From Anaerohalosphaeraceae bacterium (GTDB taxonomy: Bacteria; Planctomycetota; Phycisphaerae; Sedimentisphaerales; Anaerohalosphaeraceae), in NCBI GenBank assembly GCA_050309605.1, contig JBNRMN010000045.1:1-33254 (forward strand): 33,254 nt of DNA, read 5' to 3'. The notes under the pieces are model-generated. The model worked only from the letters and a program-made list of their open reading frames with translations, was not told where the DNA came from and searched no databases. This document shows positions 26,605 to 33,254 of this stretch, one piece after another. Each line of letters starts with the position of its first letter. The first letter of the stretch is position 1. Both the position numbers and the translations under genes were made by a program.

Positions 26605-29196
26605 GTGATCGGAAGGAGTTTCGATCAAGACCGATTGGTTCGCCATAACCTGGAGCGGTTTCTGGAACCGCCCGGCCCATCGGTATCCATTCCTGATGCG
26701 ATTTTCGGTATTGCCCCGCTGGCGCCTCTGGCAATGGCGTTTATCGTCGGCATCGGCTTACAGGCTTTTCTGCGTCCGTCTGTCTATGCGGCTTTGACAG
26801 GTGCTTGTGTTTTGGCGGTGTTGTTTTTTGCCGCCTGTTTCCTGCTGTCCAACCGGTTTTCTCGTCTGGTTATCTGTTCCCTTTCGGTCGTGTGCTTATG
26901 TGTCGCCGCAGGAATGCTTCGCTACGCGGCGTTTGCCGTTCCCGGACCAAATCACATCTGCCGTCTGGTCGGCCAACAATCCCGATTGGCTACAATTGAA
27001 GGGGTTATTCTTTCGCCGATCCACCACGATACGCGTTCCGGCTGGGCGTTTGCCCGATACTTTCCGACGCCGCCGCAGAGCAGCTTTTATCTGTCGGTTC
27101 GGGCGATTGAGACGCCGAACGGGCCGCAGAATGCATCGGGATTGATTCGCGTTCAGGTGGCCGAGACAGCCGACCATCTTGAACGCGGCGACCGTGTGCG
27201 ACTGTATTGCCGGCTAAGTCCTTTTACCCCGGTCGGCAATCCGGGACAGTTCGATATGCAGACCTATATGCATCGGCGCGGAGTGCGGCTGGGCGCATCG
27301 GTGCCCGCTGCCGACGGGGTGGAAATACGCGACCGCGGACACAAAGGAGCAATGGCCGCTTTACAGCACATTCTCCAAGATTACACCGCCGGCGCCCTGT
27401 TTGAAGAGGCGGACTATCCCGACCACAGCGCAACGCTGGCCGCGGCGCTGCTGCTGGGACAGCGAGGTAATTTGGATGCGAAAACGTATGCCGCGTTTCA
27501 GCGGACCGGCTTGGCGCATTTTATCAGCCTGTCGGGAATGCATGTGGGGATTCTGGCCGGGTCGCTGTGGGGATTGAGCCGGTTTTTGGGGCTGGCCAAA
27601 CCCCTGCGGGCGCTGCTGTGTCTGGTGCTGCTGGTCGGTTACGGCCTGGTGGTGCCGCCGCGTCCGCCGACGGTCCGAGCGCTGTTTCTGGCGTGCTTTT
27701 TTCTGACATCCATTGTGATTCACCGTCGTATTCGTCCGCTGAATACCCTTGCCCTTTCGGCCATTGTACTGCTTGTAATTCGTCCGGCGGATGTGTTCTC
27801 GGCAAGCTGGCAGCTTTCCTTCTCGACTGTGTTGGGCATTTTGCTGCTGTACGAACCCATCCATAAGCGCCTGCTCTCATGGACGGTGTTCAAGGCGGTG
27901 GAACATGTGCCTTCACACCTGCTTGAACGGAAGATGACGCAGGCCGTGCTGCAAGGGCTTTTCCATGTGATGCGGCTGCTGTCGGTGGGACTGGCGGCAT
28001 GGCTGGGCGGTGCGGGTTTTTTGCTGTATCACTTTCACAGTATCACACCATTGGCTCCGCTCTGGACGGTGTTGGCGATGCCGCTGGTTGTGGGAATTCT
28101 GTACGCCGGATACCTCAGGATCGCATTGGCATCGCTCCTTCCGACACTATCGCTGTTGTGCGCCGTCGTGATGGACGCCTTATGCCGCGGACTGTCTGCA
28201 ACCGTATCCGTTTTTTCACAATTGCGCTGGTCGGAGATACTCGTCGGATCGGTTTCGATTGGGGTCGTTGCCGCCGGTTATCTTGTGCTGCTGGCTGTTC
28301 GCTTTTTGCCGCGACGATTGGCGGTGAGGGGTTGTATTGCGGCGGCGATTTTGTCGGCGGCAATGGGCCTGCATCAAGTCCGAAACAGCCGCGATAAGCT
28401 GACGATGACCTGTCTTTCAGTCGGACACGGCCAGGCCGTCTGTCTGTCGTTTCCGGACAAGACCCGCTGGCTGATCGACGCCGGTTCAATCTCACAAAAA
28501 GACCCCGGCGCTCGCGCAGTAGTGCCGTATCTGCGTTATCGGGGCATGGATTGGCTGGATGCCGTTTTGCTGACGCACGGCGATATGGACCATCTCAACG
28601 GCCTGCCGGAGGTAATCGCGACGATCCCGACGAGGGGGGTTTTCGCCAATGCCGGCGTTTTTGATAAGGCGCAAAACGCTTCGTCGGCGTCATTTTTAAA
28701 ACAACTTCTTGAGCAGTACGGCAATCCGCTGCGACCGATTGAAGAACTTGAAGCATGGCCGAATGATGCGGAAATTCAGATGCTCTGGCCGAACGCCGAG
28801 GCCGCTTCAAATCCGACGCTCAGCGACAACGACAAATCACAGGTCCTATGGCTCCGCTACGGCGGTCGAACAATTCTGCTGTGCGGCGACATTGAACTGT
28901 ACGCACAAACGATGATGCTTCAGCGCTATCCGACAGTGAGGGCCGATGTCATCATCCTGCCGCATCACGGCTCAACAACCAACCTGAACACGCAATTTAT
29001 CACGGCGTTTGAACCGAAAATCGTGATTGCCTCGTGCGCAGCCGGGCGCGTTGCCAATGCCTATGCCCCGCCGGAAGGCAGCGGAATCGAGGCCTTCTAC
29101 ACTCCCGTGGACGGTGCGGTGTCGATCACAATAAAAGCCGACGGCACACTGAGCGCCGTCGGCTATAAGAGTCAAAAAACAGTACGATTGGATTGA
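26605..29196 (+). CDS. comEC: DNA internalization competence protein ComEC/Rec2
   Basis: NPGQFD, GLAHFISLSGMHVG, SWQLSF, VGHGQA, metallo-beta-lactamase motif THGDMDH, GDIE and PHHGS. Confidence 0.92.
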   Translation: MIGRSFDQDRLVRHNLERFLEPPGPSVSIPDAIFGIAPLAPLAMAFIVGIGLQAFLRPSVYAALTGACVLAVLFFAACFLLSNRFSRLVICSLSVVCLCVAAGMLRYAAFAVPGPNHICRLVGQQSRLATIEGVILSPIHHDTRSGWAFARYFPTPPQSSFYLSVRAIETPNGPQNASGLIRVQVAETADHLERGDRVRLYCRLSPFTPVGNPGQFDMQTYMHRRGVRLGASVPAADGVEIRDRGHKGAMAALQHILQDYTAGALFEEADYPDHSATLAAALLLGQRGNLDAKTYAAFQRTGLAHFISLSGMHVGILAGSLWGLSRFLGLAKPLRALLCLVLLVGYGLVVPPRPPTVRALFLACFFLTSIVIHRRIRPLNTLALSAIVLLVIRPADVFSASWQLSFSTVLGILLLYEPIHKRLLSWTVFKAVEHVPSHLLERKMTQAVLQGLFHVMRLLSVGLAAWLGGAGFLLYHFHSITPLAPLWTVLAMPLVVGILYAGYLRIALASLLPTLSLLCAVVMDALCRGLSATVSVFSQLRWSEILVGSVSIGVVAAGYLVLLAVRFLPRRLAVRGCIAAAILSAAMGLHQVRNSRDKLTMTCLSVGHGQAVCLSFPDKTRWLIDAGSISQKDPGARAVVPYLRYRGMDWLDAVLLTHGDMDHLNGLPEVIATIPTRGVFANAGVFDKAQNASSASFLKQLLEQYGNPLRPIEELEAWPNDAEIQMLWPNAEAASNPTLSDNDKSQVLWLRYGGRTILLCGDIELYAQTMMLQRYPTVRADVIILPHHGSTTNLNTQFITAFEPKIVIASCAAGRVANAYAPPEGSGIEAFYTPVDGAVSITIKADGTLSAVGYKSQKTVRLD

Positions 29197-29198
29197 AC

Positions 29199-29882
29199 CT
29201 ACCGCATATGAACCACAATCTCCACACGGCGGTTTTTAGCCTTGTTGGCGGCGGTGGTATTCGGTGCCACGGGGCGGGCCTGTCCGCAGCCGACCGCGCG
29301 AATATCCTGCGGCGCTATGCCGCGACTGACCAGATAACGTAAGACGGTCAATGCGCGAGCGGCCGACAAATCCCAATTGTCCTGCCACTTATCTTTGGTT
29401 TTCTGGATCGGGTCGGTGTCAGTATGGCCGACCACATCGATTTTTCGACCGCTGTACCGCTCGCGAATGACGCTGTAGATATGATCGAGTTCCCGATTGG
29501 TTGCGCTTTTCAGAGAGGCCTGGCCCGATGCGAACAGTATCGTATTGGGCAGTGTGACGGTAATCGTACCGGCCCGCTCATCCACCTCCACATCACCAAC
29601 CTGAAAGCCGGTCGCCTGGGCGGGCGTGGCCTGTCGGGTTTCAATCTGACGCTTCATTTCTTCCAATTGACGCTGCGCCTGGCCGAGCTGCTGACTGAGC
29701 TGGGCCTTTTCCGAGGCCGACTCATCCAGAGAGGCAACACAATTTTCGTACAGCCCTTTGAGATTCTGATGTTCCACGTCCAGTTCCGTGTAGCGCTGTT
29801 TCCAGTTTGTACAGCCGCTCAGCGCCGCCAGCACCACAGACACCCCGACGACCCACATCGTTTTGCGAAGTACAACAGTCAT
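29199..29882 (-). CDS. OmpA/MotB-family peptidoglycan-binding lipoprotein with coiled coil
   Basis: Lipobox LSGC, coiled coil, then ILFASG, VVGHTDTDPI, NWDLSAARA and KNRRVEIVV. Confidence 0.88.
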   Translation of the reverse strand: MTVVLRKTMWVVGVSVVLAALSGCTNWKQRYTELDVEHQNLKGLYENCVASLDESASEKAQLSQQLGQAQRQLEEMKRQIETRQATPAQATGFQVGDVEVDERAGTITVTLPNTILFASGQASLKSATNRELDHIYSVIRERYSGRKIDVVGHTDTDPIQKTKDKWQDNWDLSAARALTVLRYLVSRGIAPQDIRAVGCGQARPVAPNTTAANKAKNRRVEIVVHMR

Positions 29883-29905
29883 AACGACCTCCCTTTCATA
29901 AAAGG

Positions 29906-31072
29906 CTAAACCCCGTACATTGTGATTATCAGTTTTCTGATACCGTCGTGAAAGATGATAACGACAAACACCGCCGCTGACAAGAACGGACCGTAAGGAA
30001 TTTGTCGCATTTTCTTAAAAACCGCCTGATACAGCGCCCACAAGATGCCGAAAAACGGGGCGACAAAGAACGCCAGGACCACCCACCCAGGCCCGATCAC
30101 CGTCCCGGCAGCCGCCATTAAATGCACATCGCCCAGGCCCATCGCCTCTTTTCCGAAGGCCAGCGTCCCGAAAATACGAGTCGCCCAGACCACACCGCCG
30201 CCGATAAAATAGCCGGCCAAGGCCCCGAAGCCAAACCGTGCCGCGGGATGTTCGACAAGAACCGTCCATTTCTCGGCCATCGGCGACCATTGGGCACATT
30301 TCGCCGCCGCGGCCGCGCCCACCAAAATCGGCAGCAAAAAGACCACTTCTTTAAGAATTTCCAGACGGTCATTATATTCCGGCTCCGCGGCTTCCGTATT
30401 TTCATCGGCTTCGGACATCTCATAACTGGGGCGAATCACTCCCAACCGCAGTAAAACCAGCGCGACAATCGTACCGAAAGCGGCCCCGACGGCCATCGCT
30501 GACAGCGTCGGCCCGGCCTGCGGAAACAATTGAAAGGCCGCAATCGTTTCAGGGGCAATGACCCATCCCGCTGCAAGAGAAGCGGCCAGGCCGACCAGCG
30601 ACACAAACCAGCATAGTTGAATCGGGATAATCCACAACTCCAAATCAATCGCCGAGGCCGCCAGAAACGCCGCCATCAGCGTAATCACCGCCAGATAAAA
30701 GAGCCAGCCGCCCGAAAAAAACTGCTGCATCGCGGCGCCGTTCAAGCCGGTCTGTCGGCCTTCAAAGTAGAAAAACCACAGATAGACCCCTGCAAACAGC
30801 GCTGCCGTCAGCAGTTCGATGAGAAAATAGCGAATTGAGATGGTCGCTTTGCACCGGCGGCATCGGCCGCGCAGCACCAGCCACGAAACCAGCGGGATGT
30901 TGTCGAAAAAATAGATCGGTGTATTGCAGTTCGGGCAGGCCGAACCGGGGCGGATCAGCGACTTTTCGCGCGGCAGGCGATAAATCACCACGTTGAGAAA
31001 ACTGCCCACACACGCGCCGAACGCGACGATAAATATAAACCAAATCCATTCTGATGCCACTATGTTATCCAT
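29906..31072 (-). CDS. pilD: Prepilin peptidase (A24 family, N-methyltransferase type)
   Basis: GSFLNVVIYRLP, SACPNC..DNIPLVSWL.LRGRCRRC, AIDLE, AMGLGDV and IPYGPFL motifs. Confidence 0.9.
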   Translation of the reverse strand: MDNIVASEWIWFIFIVAFGACVGSFLNVVIYRLPREKSLIRPGSACPNCNTPIYFFDNIPLVSWLVLRGRCRRCKATISIRYFLIELLTAALFAGVYLWFFYFEGRQTGLNGAAMQQFFSGGWLFYLAVITLMAAFLAASAIDLELWIIPIQLCWFVSLVGLAASLAAGWVIAPETIAAFQLFPQAGPTLSAMAVGAAFGTIVALVLLRLGVIRPSYEMSEADENTEAAEPEYNDRLEILKEVVFLLPILVGAAAAAKCAQWSPMAEKWTVLVEHPAARFGFGALAGYFIGGGVVWATRIFGTLAFGKEAMGLGDVHLMAAAGTVIGPGWVVLAFFVAPFFGILWALYQAVFKKMRQIPYGPFLSAAVFVVIIFHDGIRKLIITMYGV

Positions 31073-31081
31073 AAAAAGTTA

Positions 31082-31144
31082 TGACACAGATTCACACGGA
31101 TTTCACAGATTTTTTTCAGTGTTAATCGGTGTAAATCGCTGTCA
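31082..31144. repeat. Intergenic imperfect palindrome of 9-10 bp CACAGATT-type repeats
   Basis: TGACACAGATT CACACGGATT TCACAGATT, T-run, then CAGTGTT AATCGGTGTA AATCGCTGTCA. Confidence 0.75.
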
Positions 31145-31149
31145 AATAA

Positions 31150-32373
31150 TTATTTTTTTTCTGTTTGTCGCCGGACGAGGCCGGAAACCTTCATCGGCAG
31201 GCCGAACAACCGAATAAAACCGGTCGCGTCGGTTGAGTTGTATTCTTCGCCCATGGTAAAGCTGGCCAAATGCGGGTTGTACAGGCTCTTGGGACTTTTG
31301 ACGCCCGCCAGCGTCGCCTGCCCTTTGAACAGTTTCAATCGCACTGTGCCGCTGACATTCTGCTGGGTGACATTGACAAACGCATCCAGTGCCTCGCGAA
31401 GCTCGCAGAACCACTGGCCGTAATAGACCATCTCGGCATACCGCAGCGCAACCTGCTGTTTGTAATGCATCGTTTCCCGATCGAGCGTCAGCATCTCCAG
31501 TGCGCGGTGAGCCGTGCTGAGAATGGTGCCGCCGGGGGTTTCATACACGCCGCGGGACTTCATCCCGACCAGACGATTCTCAACCAGATCGACCTGTCCG
31601 ACGCCGTGTTTGCCGCCGATGTCGTTGAGCGTTTCAATGAGCTTGACCCCGCCGACGGCGCGCCCGTTGAGCTTGACGGGAATGCCCTGTTCAAACCCGA
31701 TCTCGACGTAATCGGGGCGGTTGGGGGTTTTGGAGATCGGCCGGGACATCACGAACAGGCTGTCTTTCGGCTCGTTCCACGGATCTTCCAGGTCGGCGCC
31801 CTCGTGGCTGATGTGCCAGAGGTTGCGGTCGCGCGAATAGATTTTCTTTTTGCTCTGCTCGATGGGGATGTTGTGCTTGCGGGCATAATCAATCGCCGCC
31901 TCACGGCTGGTCAGCGTGAAGTTGGGATCTTTCCACGGGGCAATGATCTTCAGCGACGGATCCAGGGCCATAAACGTCAATTCGAACCGAACCTGATCGT
32001 TGCCCTTGCCGGTGGCGCCGTGCGAGACCGCTGTCGCGCCGGTGGCATGCGCCGCATCGACCTGATGTTTGGCGATCAGCGGGCGGGCAATGCTCGTACC
32101 CAGCAGGTAGCCGTTCTCATAAACCGCCCCGCTTTTGAGCATCGGCCAGAGGTAGTCCTCGACGAATTCTTTACGCAAATCTTTGACGATACACTTGACC
32201 GCACCGGTGGCCAGGGCCTTTTTCTGAATGCCTTTCAACTCGTCGCCCTGACCCAGCTCGGCGGCAAAAGCCACCACGTCGTAGCCGTAGGTCTCCTTGA
32301 GCCACGGCAAAATCACGCTCGTATCCAGCCCGCCGCTGTAGGCAAGCACCACTTTTTCCGCTTTCTTGGCCAT
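31150..32373 (-). CDS. argG: Argininosuccinate synthase
   Basis: [37 protein letters not shown] and [17 protein letters not shown]. Confidence 0.97.
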   Translation of the reverse strand: MAKKAEKVVLAYSGGLDTSVILPWLKETYGYDVVAFAAELGQGDELKGIQKKALATGAVKCIVKDLRKEFVEDYLWPMLKSGAVYENGYLLGTSIARPLIAKHQVDAAHATGATAVSHGATGKGNDQVRFELTFMALDPSLKIIAPWKDPNFTLTSREAAIDYARKHNIPIEQSKKKIYSRDRNLWHISHEGADLEDPWNEPKDSLFVMSRPISKTPNRPDYVEIGFEQGIPVKLNGRAVGGVKLIETLNDIGGKHGVGQVDLVENRLVGMKSRGVYETPGGTILSTAHRALEMLTLDRETMHYKQQVALRYAEMVYYGQWFCELREALDAFVNVTQQNVSGTVRLKLFKGQATLAGVKSPKSLYNPHLASFTMGEEYNSTDATGFIRLFGLPMKVSGLVRRQTEKK

Positions 32374-32458
32374 ATCCGTCCGGACTCCTGATTGTGTTTT
32401 ACCGGCTTGAGGCCGGCGTTCCCGTTGAAAAAACCAAAAAAACCTTCGATTTGGCGAA

Positions 32459-32486
32459 ATTATAAGCGTTTTGCGCGGAATAACAA
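32459..32486 (-). promoter_or_regulatory. Putative sigma70 promoter of argG-pilD-ompA
   Basis: TTGTTA, 16 nt spacer, TATAAT on the minus strand. Confidence 0.4.
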
Positions 32487-32615
32487 GATTTTTTATTGAC
32501 GGAACCGCCGTTGTTTTGTTATTTTAAGGTGTATATAATGCAGAAACGCCCCTTTTACGGGCCGGTTCCGGCACAGAGGGGAGAACGCGGAAGGATATTT
32601 GACAGAGAGGGATCA

Positions 32616-33161
32616 ATGCGAACACACTGTACATTTCTTATTCTCACGACGGTCGGGTTTTGTTCTGTTATCGCATTCAGTACGCCGTATTCCGGCGGCG
32701 ACGGCTCGGCCGAGGCCCCCTACCGAATCAGCACCGCAGCGGACTGGATTGAACTGACGAGCCGGCCGGGTACTTGGGACAAACATTTCATCCTGACGGC
32801 CGATATTGATCTGGTCGGAATCGAGTTGTCACCCGTCGCGCCGCACGCCAACCCGGATATGGAGTTTTTTGAGGGAACCGTCTTTAGCGGCTGCTTTGAC
32901 GGCCAGGGATATACGGTTTCCAATGTCGTCATTGATCGACCCGATATGAATTTTATCGCGTTATTCGGTTGCGTCGGAAACGGGGGGCGCATCCAAAACC
33001 TTCGCGTTGATAATGTTCAGATGACAGGCCGTCGCTATGTAGCCGGCCTGGTTGCCGGAAACGGCCATGCACCCTATGATTCTATCAGCGGAACCATCAG
33101 CAACTGTCATGTCACCGGCGTCGTAATTGGCCAGCACCTGAGCGGTCGGAAACTGGATTAA
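32616..33161 (+). pseudogene. GLUG-motif secreted protein, truncated
   Basis: Signal peptide, YSGGDGSAEAPYRIST, FILTADIDL, FSGCFDGQGYTVSN and YVAGLVA..GTISNCHVTG, then abrupt loss of the repeat pattern (GQHLSGRKLD*). Confidence 0.7.
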
Positions 33162-33254
33162 TACGGGAGGGCCTGTGTCTGTTTTTTGCATTCGGAAATC
33201 TCCTAAAAAAGGTTAATGAGGTCTCACCCTCTATATCTGCAGCGACAGTGATTT
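33137..33254. mobile_element. Putative insertion-sequence end interrupting the GLUG gene
   Basis: Unrelated sequence starting CCTGAGCGGTCGGAAACTGG begins where the GLUG repeat pattern fails and runs to the window edge. The second end and the transposase are not visible. Confidence 0.35.

Noticed and set aside
25285..26646. 453-aa ORF antisense to serS
   Set aside because: Shadow ORF of a GC-biased gene; no recognisable motifs and it fully overlaps a clear housekeeping gene.
29199..29882. Flagellar stator motB
   Set aside because: It has a lipobox instead of the MotB TM motif with the conserved Asp, and no motA is adjacent.
31270..32391. 373-aa ORF antisense to argG
   Set aside because: Same codon-bias shadow effect; no family motifs.
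32961..33191. 76-aa minus-strand ORF with an AGGAG upstream
   Set aside because: It crosses the suspected insertion junction and runs antisense into the GLUG gene; likely incidental.

Overview
A mostly GC-rich chromosomal segment. The gene families (prepilin/H-X9-DG protein, Rhodopirellula-type ECF sigma with FecR partner, DLNxDCxVDLLDF C-terminal module, AESID-type ACP) point by inference to a planctomycete, probably Phycisphaerae/Sedimentisphaerales. From left to right: an AT-rich, C-terminally truncated glycosyltransferase-methyltransferase fusion; two Kdo/WaaP-like LPS kinases; an MsbA-like ABC exporter with a PDZ-like insert; a SAM methyltransferase; the rmlACDB dTDP-L-rhamnose operon; a prepilin/DUF1559-like protein; archease; a cyclophilin; an ECF sigma/FecR-NPCBM/secreted DNRLRE-domain module; a GH43-like/GH106 fusion glycosidase; an atypical type II FAS/PKS cluster (FabZ, enlarged ACP, FabZ, non-catalytic KS, catalytic KS) running into serS and comEC; an OmpA/MotB lipoprotein, prepilin peptidase and argG; and a truncated GLUG-type secreted protein. 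Both terminal genes break off abruptly into sequence that looks like IS ends. The best candidate for an undescribed system is the KS/CLF-like cluster, whose layout resembles the anammox ladderane-candidate cluster. Two short periodic palindromic elements inside operons also merit follow-up. No rRNA, tRNA or CRISPR array was seen. All calls come from motif recognition by eye; no searches were run.
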